64,000 nt of DNA from Eledone cirrhosa (GCA_964016885.1 OZ024760.1:744001-808000), one strand, 5' to 3'. Shown: positions 1 through 14,372, numbered from the stretch's first letter. Numbers and translations are program-made. The notes: a model not told the origin generated them from the letters alone.

Positions 1-335
1 AGAATTGGCATGCATATTCAACAGATCTATGTACAAAATTATACAAAATTATACAAACTATCAAGATTAAATATACATACCAAACACACATATATGCCGT
101 CTTCAGAAATAATGAAATATATTTCATTATTTCTGAAGACGGCATATATGTGTGTTTGGTATGTATATTTAATCTTGATAGTTTGTATAATTTTGTATAA
201 TTTTGTACATAGATCTGTTGAATATGCATGCCAATTCTAACACATATATATCCTAGAAACGATCGTTAAATAATGAACTTTTTTTGTTTAATATAAGGAA
301 CTGTTTCATTGTTTTATTCATTATTTGTTTAATAT
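1..335. mobile_element. Fold-back (palindromic) Penelope-like terminal fragment, family A
   Basis: 1-119 is the reverse complement of 120-238 (centre GAAATA|TATTTC). The right arm continues to about 335 and then into (AT)n. Near-identical to 30470-30677. Confidence 0.85.
123..277 (+). ncRNA. Type I hammerhead ribozyme with very long stem II (family A)
   Basis: Stem I TTCATTATTT/AAATAATGAA; CTGAAGA 133-139; ~115-nt stem II region closed by ATATATGTG/CACATATAT; GAAA 256-259; palindromic stem III ACGATCGT; GUU cleavage triplet. Confidence 0.75.
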
Positions 336-361
336 TTTATATATATATATATATATGTATA

Positions 362-419
<58 letters not shown>

Positions 420-439
420 TGTGTGTGTGTGTGTGTGGT

Positions 440-728
440 GTATAGGTATATTGTAGAACAATAAAACTATGCATATATCAGATAAGTAGCACACAACAGT
501 TGGTAGAACTGGAGTATATATAATAAATAAGAAATTAAAGAGTGGTTAAAAGAGACTTAGACTTAGCACTCTCATGTAAACAAGTGCTATTATGCCTCAT
601 ATCATGTGACCTTATTTTATCTGATGAGAACACAATTTTTGTCCCAGGATGATTTTGTATTCGAAATGCGCATAATAAAATATATGGAACTCTTTTAACC
701 ATGTTTTAATTTCTTCTTTATTATATAT
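440..728. mobile_element. Asymmetric fold-back Penelope-like terminal fragment, diverged family B
   Basis: 515-554 is inverted relative to 690-728. Similar to 8395-8812. Flanked by microsatellites. Confidence 0.75.
615..680 (+). ncRNA. Minimal type I hammerhead ribozyme (family B variant)
   Basis: TTTTAT-CTGATGA-GAACACAA..TTGTATTC-GAAA-TGCGCA-TA-ATAAAA; palindromic stem III ATGCGCAT. Confidence 0.85.
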
Positions 729-787
729 GTATATATGTATATATACATGTATATATATATGTATATATATATGTATATATATATAGG

Positions 788-824
<37 letters not shown>

Positions 825-868
825 GTGTGTATATATATATATGTGTATATATATATAAAGATGAATTC

Positions 869-923
<55 letters not shown>

Positions 924-1230
924 GATAGATAGAAAACTGTGTGACACTACTTTAAAACTAATACCGAATGGTCTTCTAAATGTTTTTAATTAAACATACA
1001 GTATATTGCCAAATATACTATACATACATTCATATATATAAACATATATATATATATATACATATATATATGTAGGTGTGTGTGTGTATATATAGGTGGG
1101 TGTGTGTATATATATGTGTGTGTGTGCATGTGTATATATATACACATATATATATGTATGTATATATATGTATATACATATAACTATACATATATACATA
1201 TATATATATACACACATATATGTACATATA

Positions 1231-1378
<148 letters not shown>

Positions 1379-1659
1379 TGTGTGTGTGTATATATAGGTG
1401 TGTGTGTATATATATGTGTGTGTGCATGTGTATATATATACACATGTATGTATATATATATGTATATACATATAACTATATATATATACATATATATACA
1501 CACATATATGCACACACACACACACACACAGATAGATATAGATATATATACGTATATATCACCCTTTCTATCCGTGTATATATATATATATATATATATA
1601 CATATATATACATATCTATATATATAAATACATATATACTTATATATATATGTACATAC

Positions 1660-1707
<48 letters not shown>

Positions 1708-1724
1708 TTATATATATATATATA

Positions 1725-1758
<34 letters not shown>

Positions 1759-2011
1759 CTTATATATATATATATATGTACATATATATATATATATATA
1801 TATACTTATATATATATGTACATATATATATATATATACACGCAGATAGAAAGGGTGAGAACCAAAGGTATACACTCACACACAAGAGACGAAACATGTT
1901 AAAGTTTAAAAGAAAGCTTTTAACTATATAAATAAACAGTAAGGCAAAAGTCACATATTTTTGTGTTGTGTTTACATATATATATGTGGGCTTTATACAT
2001 ACATATACACG

Positions 2012-2049
<38 letters not shown>

Positions 2050-2117
2050 TATATGTATGTATATGTATATATGTATTTGTATATATGTATATATGTATAT
2101 ATATATATATGCGCGTA

Positions 2118-2178
<61 letters not shown>

Positions 2179-2203
2179 ATATATATATATGTGCGTATAT
2201 ATG

Positions 2204-2269
<66 letters not shown>

Positions 2270-2551
2270 TATATATTTATATATATCTTTGTGTATATAT
2301 ATATATATATATATATGCATACATATGTATTCAAATGTCGTTCCATACGTGGGCTTTGTTTATATATACATGGGCACCTGTGTATACCTGTCAAGACGCA
2401 CACATTCATACATCTACACCACCAGACGTGTACAACTTTTAAGGTTGGGAAATTGTTCTTGCAATCACTTGGAACCGTTTTCGATACTACCGTCAGGTGC
2501 TTTGTTATATAGGCTACTCGTGGTAGTGTTTTTAAATATTATACACCCGTC

Positions 2552-2610
<59 letters not shown>

Positions 2611-2614
<4 letters not shown>

Positions 2615-2758
2615 TAAATAACAGATTAAAGTTTAAGCCAAGAATCGCTGCTTTCACCCTTGTATATATTTATTTATATATATAAGGGTAAAATATATTT
2701 GATATATATTTTCCTTATCGAGCCCTCTTTGGATTTTAGTCTTCAATTTTATTATTAT

Positions 2759-2762
<4 letters not shown>
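2611..2762. repeat. Short interspersed fragment in (AT)n, family G
   Basis: Shared segments recur at 22318-22460, 25030-25082, 46500-46612, 50840-50910, 60600-60800 and 63112-63160. Confidence 0.7.
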
Positions 2763-2812
<50 letters not shown>

Positions 2813-3282
2813 GAGCTTCGTTTGCCTTGAAAATGGGTGGGGGGGGGGGGGGTGCGACAAACCAACATCAGTTGGTTCTTAAAGGAGTATGTTAGTATTG
2901 CTTATGGTGCCTTGTCCGGACCCTATCACATAAGGAACATTTTACGCTAATTAAGTTTTATATATTCAAATGAAGTTCAGATATAAAAAAAAAATAACCA
3001 ATTGCGATACCGTATGCTTAATTAAACATACGGTATATTGCCAAATATACTATATATACATTCATGTATACATCGTTATTTCAGAACACCAATCCTAATA
3101 TATATATATATACAGTATATATATTTCAAATGATATTAGTTAAGACGGGATTAAATCACGATTAAATTACTATAATTCCATTATATATATATATATATTT
3201 CTGTTGCATCATATTTTCATCATATGGTGTTAGACAGATATAGATATATAAAAAGTACATGATGAGATGACAAGTGAGTTAA

Positions 3283-4290
3283 TCATATTGATGGCCTCCC
3301 CACCGCCCTGGCGGACAGAATGGAGAAGGCGTTTCCCCGGAAGACGGCAAGGGAGACGCGCTGGAAGAGCCATTCCAACTCGTGAAGTTCACAACTGCGG
3401 CTGGCCAGCTCAACGCCTATGGTGGTGAGTAGGGAGGTAGCTCTAGGGCCGAGGACACCAGAAGTCTCCACTGCCAAAGGTACGACCGCAAACCTGTCGA
3501 AGTGCGACCGGTATTTGTAGAGTTTAGCCTCCTCAGCCTGATGTGCAGCAGAACCTGGGTTAGTCGTAGACTGCACCAGGTTTCGGCTGGAGAAAGTGTC
3601 GGTGCAAGTGGCATCCCAGAGGAGGGGTTTTCCACCGCGGAACGGGAAGATGGTCATACGTCGTCAAACCTGACATTGCATATCTCCTCGGCTTCTGTTC
3701 GGATACAAGTATGGAGGTCAGCGAGGAGAGATGCGTGAGTGTAGCACGGATCGCTGCGAAGGGTAGAGAGGAGCTTCGGCATGGCGAAGCAGTTCCTCAA
3801 CAGAAAGAGAGGGTGGCTGTCGATCAAGCCCAGTCGGCTCGTGAGAGTCTGGAGTTGTTGGAGCCTGGACTTGATGGTGGAGCGGATGGCCGGCGGGTGG
3901 ATCGGTTACGCGAGGATGAGGACATCCTCTTTGGGAGTCACCGGTACCTGGTGAAGAATGGACCGCACGTCCGACACGGAGGCTGCAAAGCTCTCAGCAT
4001 CGTGGCTGATATTCACCACCTCTGACCTGGGCGAGTTGACATGGATGGATGCCGATCCCCACAAGGACAGGAACCACCAATAGTAGGTCGTGGCAGACAG
4101 TCTCTACGGGCCCGCCCAACGTAGCATCATCCAGGTACCAAACGTTGAGCGGGGCCGTGATACTCCGGGCAATGTGGTCTATACCAAGGGCAAACAGAAG
4201 GGGGCGCAAAGGATCTCGCCCTGTGGACCCCAGTGGCCGAAGGTATGACCGTATCAGCAGCAAGGAGCATACTCGGGGCTCCATACGATA
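3283..4290 (-). mobile_element. Degenerate CRE-clade non-LTR retrotransposon fragment (RT plus restriction-like endonuclease)
   Basis: RT-like DPL.PLLFALGI...LNVWYLDDATLGG. RLE C-terminus MTIFPF.GGKPLLWDATCTDT, AE..K..KY, PLAVETSG.LGP, LFQRVSLAVFRGNA. Frameshifted and internally deleted. Confidence 0.85.
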
Positions 4291-4404
4291 GGTAGGCCAT
4301 GTGAATTCCTCAGATGCTTACCCAATCATTGATGGAGTTATGATATTGTGATATGCCGGTGCCCATGCACGTCCATCCACACACACACACAAACACACAC
4401 ACAA

Positions 4405-4444
<40 letters not shown>

Positions 4445-4447
4445 GTA

Positions 4448-4502
<55 letters not shown>

Positions 4503-4872
4503 TGTAGCAAAAGTCACGATTCATAGGATAAATAATAGTTTTTTATTAGAAAGGAACACATTAAAAAATACATAAATATGAATACTGAAATGAGGTTATA
4601 TGAACTGTGTATGAAGTGGGGGAATTGATTCCATTCAGGAAAGTGGTTCCAAGGCAGTGAATTAAGTTCTGCTCGGTCTTGGTGTAAGTGGCCGTGGATC
4701 CATGGTGTAAAAGGGTGCCTGAGACGTATTGAGTAGAGTGGTTGGCTGAACAGACGTAACAACCGACAGGAGTTGTAAGTAAAAAAGAAGGAATATATTC
4801 GTTTTGTTGTTCCATTTCCACATGTCAAGATGTTTCCCTCCATTCGTCTTTTCGTAGGAGACTATATATACG

Positions 4873-4955
<83 letters not shown>

Positions 4956-4956
4956 G

Positions 4957-5017
<61 letters not shown>

Positions 5018-5046
5018 GGATATGTATGTATGCATGTATACATATA

Positions 5047-5104
<58 letters not shown>

Positions 5105-5254
5105 AGTGTGTGTGAAAAAAAATATATATATACGTATCTCCATATGTATGTTTGTATATATATATACATATGTATATATATATATATACATATATATATA
5201 TCCATATATATATATATAAACGTATATATTTATACACATATACATATATATATG

Positions 5255-5323
<69 letters not shown>

Positions 5324-5922
5324 CGATGGCAGAATATTTAGAACATCGACGGTCAAAATGTCTTTTATTATCGCAATCATCATTCTTCTTCTTCAAATAA
5401 AAACAACAATAATAAAGTTGTTGTATGTTTTCTTATTATCATAATTGAATGGTGTTGTTGTTGTTGTTAGTGCACAACAATTACTTAAAAGAATTGAGAT
5501 GAAAGAGGGAAACTATGTACGCATGGGAATGTGTACGTGTGTTTATGTGTGTGTCTGTATGTATGTGTGTATGTATGTATATATGTGTGTATGTCGCTTT
5601 CTATTTCTCTCTTTCTCTGTATATATATATATATATGTGTGTGAGTGTGTGTGTATGTGTGTGTGTATATATATATATGTATATATGTATATACATATGT
5701 GCGTATATATATAGATGTATATATATATATATGTGTATATATATATATATGTGTATATATATGTATATATGCACACATATATATATATACTTATATATAT
5801 GTGTGTGTGAGAGTGTGTTTTTGTGTATGTATGTAGAGGTTTATATATATATATATATATTCACCATATGGGCTTATTTTATTCATAGCTGTATGTATAT
5901 TTATATATACAAACAATCAAAT

Positions 5923-5953
<31 letters not shown>

Positions 5954-5969
5954 CACATGCATACATATC

Positions 5970-6022
<53 letters not shown>

Positions 6023-6044
6023 GCATACATATCTCTCTCTCTCA

Positions 6045-6092
<48 letters not shown>

Positions 6093-6135
6093 GTTTGTTT
6101 ATATGGATGTGTATATTTACATCTGTATGTATGTG

Positions 6136-6172
<37 letters not shown>

Positions 6173-7266
6173 ATGTGTGTCTGTATGTAAGCATACTGAC
6201 AAATTAATCGAGACCTACACACACACACACACACGCGCACACAGATACACAGACACACACACACACACATATAGTTGTAATAGAATTTCGCATATCTAAC
6301 ATGAAAGCTTTGCCGAAACGTGTTAATTGCTATTTGATGTTTTATTCCTGCACATACTTATGTATACACACGTATATACATACATTTATACATACATACA
6401 CATATACATACATACATAGATATATACATATATACATACATATAAACATACATACATAAATATATGTATACATATATATACATATATACATACATACATA
6501 GCTACAAACATATATACAAACATACATATATATATATACATATATACATATATACATACATGCATACTTATATACATACATATACATACACATTCACATA
6601 CGTACATAGATACATATATAGATAGATACATACATACATACATACATACATACATACATACATACACATGTAGATACATACAGACATATATATACATATA
6701 TACATATATACACATACATACACACATACATACACATATACATACATATAGACATATACACATTTAAATGCATACATACATGCACATATATATGTATACA
6801 CATGTACACACTTACATACATACATACATATATATACATACGTAAATACATATATAGACATACATACAATCATACATACATAGAAACGTACACACAGAAA
6901 TACATACATTAATACATATCTACATAGATGCATACATACATCCATATATACATATATACGTACATGCATACATATATATATATATATATACATACATGCA
7001 TATATATATACTTCCATACATACATGCATTCATACATACACACGTATATATACCCACATATCTGTAGATGCATTTACCCGTGTATATGTCTATATATATG
7101 TTAGTGTATGCGCACACACACACACGCACACACACGCACACACACACACAGACTCACACACAGATATATATATATATGTATATATATATACATTGCTGCA
7201 CATAGATGCATATGAACATTACATATATGGAAAGTACATGCATAATTATATACACACGTATACGAA

Positions 7267-7299
<33 letters not shown>

Positions 7300-7375
7300 A
7301 GTGCCTACGCGAACTTTGATATTCATATATTTAAACTCACGTATGTTTATATAGACACATACAGACATACACATG

Positions 7376-7420
<45 letters not shown>

Positions 7421-7582
7421 ACACATACTCACACACAGACTCTCTCTCAATCATATTCACACACACACACACTCTTCCACCCACATATTTCTTAAAACCA
7501 CAGAGACACATTCACACACATACACGGCCTTACACACACACTCGCGTGCGCTGACACACACAACCGCGTGCGCTGCCACACA

Positions 7583-7641
<59 letters not shown>

Positions 7642-8107
7642 ACTAACACACACACAGACAGAACACTTAAATAACAGTTTCACTCGCGGTTTAAACGTAA
7701 GCAACTCATTAAGACAGACAGCTTAAGAGTTCTCACAGGGTCATTGAGTGCAATTAACGAATTGTAATTAGAACCGCCCAATTAGGGGGGAACACAACGT
7801 AACTTTTATCACTGCCTTTTTCAATTGCTCAGAATTATCGTTTGTTTTTGTCCATTAAACAATACTTTGCAATTATCGTCTGCTTCTGGTCATTAAAACT
7901 ACGACTTAGGCCGCCCACGTCTTCAGGCTTCCACGGCAGCAAGCTTCCGCCAACACGGTCGCTCTAGCCAGTGTTGGGGGTTCCTATCAGCTAAATAAGC
8001 TATAGCTTAGGGTCACACACCCTCAGGGTCTCATTTCTTTCAAATATATTTTAAAAAATCTTATCGTTAATGTTAGTATTTAGCACTATACAACAAAAGA
8101 TTATATA

Positions 8108-8139
<32 letters not shown>

Positions 8140-8335
8140 ACAAAGAAAGTGTGGTAAGAAACCAAGTGGACCAAAAGGCACCAGAGTACTCGATACTTAG
8201 GGTAGTAGAGTGGGTAATAGGAAAAGAGTCAGGACCCCGACAGCTGAGCTCCGGCCGTTTCGCAGCTAGATCCGAACAGTTCGGATCTAGCTGTCGAAAG
8301 GGCCGGAGCTCAGCTGTCGGGGTCCTGACTCTTTT

Positions 8336-8338
<3 letters not shown>
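8140..8338. mobile_element. Hairpin-ended short element in (AT)n, family C
   Basis: 8221-8277 is inverted against 8279-8336. Related copies at 21765-21930, 40838-40960, 46154-46215, 52851-53040 and 60383-60550. Confidence 0.75.
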
Positions 8339-8395
<57 letters not shown>

Positions 8396-8518
8396 GGAGG
8401 TGAGTTTTATTGTAGTACAATAAAGCAATGCAGATATCGGATAAGGAGCACTCTACAGTTTGTAGGACTGGAGTATACATAATATAAGATCAAAAGATGG
8501 TTAAAGGAGTTCCATGTA

Positions 8519-8585
8519 TTTTATTATGCGCATTTCAAAAACAAACATCATCATGCAATAATATTTGTGTTTTCATCAGATAAAA
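8519..8585 (-). ncRNA. Minimal hammerhead ribozyme (family B, mirror copy)
   Basis: Reverse complement of 8708-8774. Confidence 0.85.
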
Positions 8586-8707
8586 CAGGAGAACATGATA
8601 TGAAGGCTAAAAAACACTTGTGGATAGTGCAGTTTTAAATCAACATATGTTGATTTAAAACTGCACTATCCACAAGTGTTTTTTAGCCTTCATATCATGT
8701 TCTCCTG

Positions 8708-8774
8708 TTTTATCTGATGAAAACACAAATATTATTGCATGATGATGTTTGTTTTTGAAATGCGCATAATAAAA
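8708..8774 (+). ncRNA. Minimal hammerhead ribozyme (family B)
   Basis: TTTTAT-CTGATGA-AAACACAAATATTAT..ATGATGTTTGTTTTT-GAAA-TGCGCA-TA-ATAAAA. Confidence 0.88.
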
Positions 8775-8809
8775 TACATGGAACTCCTTTAACCATCTTT
8801 TGATCTTAT

Positions 8810-8937
<128 letters not shown>

Positions 8938-9048
8938 TGTAAAATTTTGACCGCGGTGCCATATATACCTCCTCTTCACTCCAGCTTTAAACTAATATAT
9001 TTCTTTATTGCATTGTGTCACTTGCTTTGTTGTTTCTGTTTACTTTTT

Positions 9049-9127
<79 letters not shown>

Positions 9128-9131
<4 letters not shown>

Positions 9132-9302
9132 ATTAGAAAGTGAAAAATACAATATATAACTACTCCATTACCAAAGACAATATTAACATACGTCTAGTTC
9201 GCTCATCAGGAGCGTCCTAGACATATGTTAATATTCTCTAGGGTCCTGAAACCTTTGGTAATGGAGTAGTTATATATTGTGCTGTTTACTTTCTAATTAA
9301 AT
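9128..9302. repeat. Nested inverted repeat in (AT)n
   Basis: Outer arms 9128-9176 and 9253-9302; inner arms about 9179-9197 and 9217-9235. Confidence 0.7.
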
Positions 9303-9360
9303 AGCTCTGTTTTATACATAGAGTACTCTTTTTTCCTCTGTTTTTTCTTCGGAAATATTT

Positions 9361-9402
<42 letters not shown>

Positions 9403-9443
9403 CGAAACATAAGTTAATTGCATGAACTCATAATCCTTTATTT

Positions 9444-9499
9444 ACTGCTATATATATTTCGATGATAGCCATTGAGTGGCTATTACCTCATCAGGCAGT
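9444..9499 (-). ncRNA. Minimal hammerhead ribozyme (family D)
   Basis: Minus strand: ACTGC-CTGATGA-GGTAATAGCCA ctcaa TGGCTATCATC-GAAA-TATATA-TA-GCAGT. Confidence 0.88.
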
Positions 9500-9544
9500 T
9501 AGTCAGTTCTTATATATGCCAGCTCTGTGTTTATGCCTTGGGAC

Positions 9545-9588
<44 letters not shown>

Positions 9589-9782
9589 TATTGTTTATCA
9601 TTAAAATTACGTCATACATATATCGACTTCTGGATATTATAACTACATCACAGATATTTTTAGATAAACAGAAAAATTAGTGTCTGTTTTCCACAAACGG
9701 AGCAACCTACACACGAGATTAAAATACAAGTGGCTGGCCATGAAACACACGCATGACCATCCCGTACTCACGTTTTTCCTAC

Positions 9783-10320
9783 GTGGAGGCACGTAGCCAA
9801 GTGGTAAGGGTGTTCGACTTACGATCATAATGTTGTAGGTTTAATTCGATTCGTGGAGGCACGTAGCCAAATGGTAAGGTTATTGGACTTACGATCACAA
9901 TGTTGTGGGTTCGATTGGAGCCGTGGAGACACGTTGTCAAGTGGTAAGGGTGTTCGACTTACGATCACAATGTTGTGGGTTCGATTGGAGCCGTGGAGAC
10001 ACGTTGTCAAGTGGTACGTTTGTTCGACTTACGATCATAATTGTTTCTACGTCAGCAATTATCCCAGTGCATTACTGGTACTTTATTTTATCGACCCCGT
10101 AAGGATGAAAGGTAAAGTTAACCTCGGCGGGATTTGAACTCAGAATGGCAAGGGCCGTAACTCTATGCGTCAAAGCATGGCGTCCGACCCTCTACAGATA
10201 CTGCCAATCCACCGCCTTACGATCATAATGCCGTGGTTTCAATTCGATTCGTGGAGGCACGTTGCCAAATGGTAAGTTTGTTCGACTTACGATCAAAGTG
10301 TCGTGTGTTCGATTCGATAC
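9783..10320 (+). repeat. Tandem array of 70-bp tRNA-like (SINE-head) units
   Basis: Units start at 9783, 9853, 9923, 9993 and 10251. A-box-like TAGCCAAGTGG and B-box-like GGTTCGATT. Confidence 0.8.
10042..10215 (-). mobile_element. Octopus-type tRNA-derived SINE with 14-bp target-site duplication
   Basis: Head GGCGGTGGATTGGCAG...GAGTTCAAATCCCGCCGAGG. TSD CTTACGATCATAAT at 10028-10041 and 10216-10229. Confidence 0.85.
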
Positions 10321-10664
10321 AAGACAGATTTTTAGACTTTAGACAGGGAACTGCAGAGCGCATCACCTGACGTAGACGTTTTTTACGATTGTAACGTGTG
10401 GTTGGAGGGATGGTTACTCACTATTGCTTAGTATTCTAACAATCGTGTAGAGGCAGCTCCCGTTTTGGCTATTTCTGATATGTGGTGAGATGGGGTGTCG
10501 TATTTAATGCGGTCCTCAGACTTTATCGTGAAGATCATTTTATTTTTAGCCAGCCACATTTTTTGTAAACCTTCTATTCCACTCAGCCTTTCTTGTCAAA
10601 CACACGCACAGACACACATTAGCACACACACACACACGCACACGCACACGCACGCACACACACA

Positions 10665-10710
<46 letters not shown>

Positions 10711-10720
10711 CGAGTGTGTT

Positions 10721-10812
<92 letters not shown>

Positions 10813-11331
10813 AACACACTCGTATACATACACATATACACAAATGTAAACACACACACACATGTATATAACATCGCAGTTACTTTTTCTAAATATTCTT
10901 CCCAAACACACACGCACACATTTATATATACATATATATACTTATGTATATACACTATTATATATGTGTTTACATATATGTATACATATATATGCTTATA
11001 TATATATGCTTATGTACATCTATATATATACATATATATACTTACATATGTATAAATATATATATATGTACATATTCATAAATATATACGTTTATATATA
11101 TAATATACTTATATATATATAATATATACTTATATATATATATATATATCTATGTGTGTGTATGTATGTGTATGTGTGTGTATGTATGTATATATATGTA
11201 TGTGTGTATATGTATATATATACATATACATATACGTATATATATATATACATGTATATACATATATATACATATATATGTACATATACGTATATATATA
11301 TATATACATGCATATATATGTATATACATAC

Positions 11332-11513
<182 letters not shown>

Positions 11514-11984
11514 GACATCATAGTCACATCCTCCTACCATTCCTCAAACGCCAGCTGCGCAACTACTCCAGCCCAACCCTACCATCAACCACTTAGAAAC
11601 GCCATCTCCAAACAAATTAGACTTTAGACTAAGAACGCAGCAGTTAGCTCCCCCTTCCCCTCGCCCACCACCCCCACCACACCTCGCACGCATCCTCGAA
11701 ATACCCATCCACCCCTTCTACCCTCCTTATCCCTTCCTTTTATTTAACGGTAACAACATCAAAAAAGATGAAACACAAGCGCAAAAATATCAGTGTAAAC
11801 AACATAAACATACCTCACACGCTAGAGAGGGAAGATATGAGAAATACTAGGAATTACACAGAAAAACATCAATAACATTTGTAGCACATGTACAAGACGA
11901 CATAGGCAAAGAAAATGGAAACAACATACAGAAAAAAAATGAAATAACAACAATAGTTACAGCAACAAAAACGGTGCACAAATA

Positions 11985-14240
11985 TACTTAGAGTATTGGC
12001 CCGGGCATGGCTGTGGGGTTAGTGTTAGGGAAGTTAGACTTCGTAGTAACAGCAACGAGATTTTGGATTCATGTCCGGATTGAAACTAATACACACCCAT
12101 CCAAATAAAGCCAGCTTGCAAAAAGATGCACAAATATACTTAGAACATTTGCACGGGTATGCTATGGGGTTAGGGTTAGGGTTAGGGAAGTTAGACTTCG
12201 TAGTAACAGCAACGATATTCTGGATTCGAACTAATACGCACGCAGCTCACTGTAAAGATGTAGTGATGGTCTCCATGGTCTTTTATAGATCCTAGCTCTT
12301 TTATACATTGTAGTAGTAAAAGCCATTCACAGACAGGTATTGTGTGGTGTTAGGGTTAGGGAAGTTAGCCTTAGTAGTAACAGCAACGAGATTCCGGATT
12401 CAATTCTGGATTCGAACTAATACGCACCCATCCAAATAAAGCCAGCTTGCAACTCAGTGTACTGAGGTAATGACGGTGTCTCTGGAACTGAGGTATCTTA
12501 TGCAAATGTCTTTTATACATTGTAGTAGTAGAACCATTCACAAATATACGGCACAAATATATGGCACGGGCATGGCTGTGGGGTTAGGGTTAGGGAAGTT
12601 AGACTTCGTAGTAACAGCAACGTGGTTCCGCTTTTAATTCCGGATCCAAACTATTACGAAGCGAAGAGGACATCTTGGGAAAATGTCTTTTATACAACTT
12701 AGTAGTAAAAACCATTCACAGACATACGTAGAGCATTGGCACGAGGTTCTGGATTCAATTCCGGATTCGAACTAATTCGCACCCATCCGAATAAAGCCAT
12801 CTTGCAGCTCACTGTAAAGAGGTAATAATGGTGTCTCTGGAATCCAGGCATCTTAAGCAAATGTCTTTTATACTTTATAATAGTAAAAGCCATTCACAGA
12901 CATATGTAGAGCCCTGACAGGTATTGCATGGGGTTAGGGAAGTTAGACTTCGTAGTAAGAGAAAGGTGGTCCGGTTTCAATTCCGGGTTCAGTTTCGGAT
13001 TCAAACCAATACAGAGTGGAGAGGGTATCTTGAGCAAGTGTCTTTCATACATGGTAGTAATAAAAACCATTCACAGTCAGGCGTAGAGCACTGACAGGCA
13101 TTGTATGGGGTTAGGGTTAGGGAAGTTAGCCTTCGTATCAACAATGATGTGTCTCTGCATTTAATTCCAGGTTCAAGTCAATACTGAGCGAAGAGGGCTT
13201 TTAAGCAAATGTCTTTTATACACCGTAGTAGCAAAAACCATGCAGATGCGTAGTTAGCGTACTGATAGGCATGGCAGTGGAGTTATTGTTAGGAACGTTA
13301 ACCTTCGTAGCAGCAGCAAATTTGTTCAGGATTTACTTCCGGATTCAAACTAATACGGAGCAGAGAAGGCAAATTGAGCAAGTGTGTTTTATACAACATA
13401 GAAGTAAAAACCATTCACAAACATAGTTAGAACTCTAGCACGGGCACGGCAGTACGGTTAGGATTAAGGAAGTTAGACTTCGTAGTAACAGCAACGACGT
13501 AGTTACGGATTCAATATCCAACCAATACGAAGCAAGGATGACATCTTGGCCAAGTGTCATTTATACATCGTAGCATTAAAATCCATTCACAAAGATACTT
13601 AGAGCCCTGTCAGGCGTTGTTCGGGGTTAGAGTTAGGAAATGTAGCCTTAGTATCAGCAACAATTTTGTTCCGGTTTCAATTCCAAATTTAAACCAATAC
13701 TGAACGCAGAGAGCATCTTGGGCAAATGTCTTTTATACAACTTAGTAGTAAAAACCATTCACAGACATACGTAGAGCTCTAGCATGGGCATGGCAGTATG
13801 GTTAGGGCTAGAGAAGTTAGACTTCGTAGCAGCAGCAACGTGGTTCTGGTTTCAATTCCGGATTGAAACTAATACAAAGCGTAGAGGCCATCTTGGGCAA
13901 ATGTGTTTTATACAACTTAGTAGTAAAAACTATGCACAAACATGCGTAGAGCATTGGCACAACGACAGCAACAAAAACGATGGTGGTTGAGTTAGGGTTA
14001 GGGAAGTTAGGCTTCGTAGTAACAACAACGATGTGATTCAAGATTGAATACACAACCAATACGGAGCAAGGAAGGCATTTTGAGCAAGTGTATTTTATAC
14101 ACCGTAGTTGTAGTGGTAAACACCATTCACAGACATACGTAGAGTATTGATAGGCATGACAGTAGGGTTGGGAATGGGGAAGTTAGCCTTCGTATCAGCA
14201 GCAACGTGGTTCCGGATCCAACATCTAAACAATACGGAGC
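11985..14240. repeat. ~175-bp satellite containing telomere-like TTAGGG motifs, about 13 diverged copies
   Basis: GGGTTAGGGTTAGGGAAGTTAGACTTCGTAG recurs at about 12031, 12188, 12362, 12596, 12940, 13123, 13295, 13470, 13640, 13814, 14004 and 14180. Confidence 0.9.
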
Positions 14241-14252
14241 GATATACATACA

Positions 14253-14372
<120 letters not shown>

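Noticed and set aside
7915-7935. CTGAAGA on the minus strand (also plus-strand CTGAAGA at about 20203 and 55205)
   Set aside because: No correctly placed GAAA, stem III or stem I partner.
9783-10320. tRNA gene cluster
   Set aside because: The units lack acceptor-stem pairing and a full cloverleaf; they fit SINE-head repeats better.
11985-14240. True telomere or coding repeat
   Set aside because: Only 1-3 TTAGGG per unit within complex sequence, and frames are interrupted by stops.
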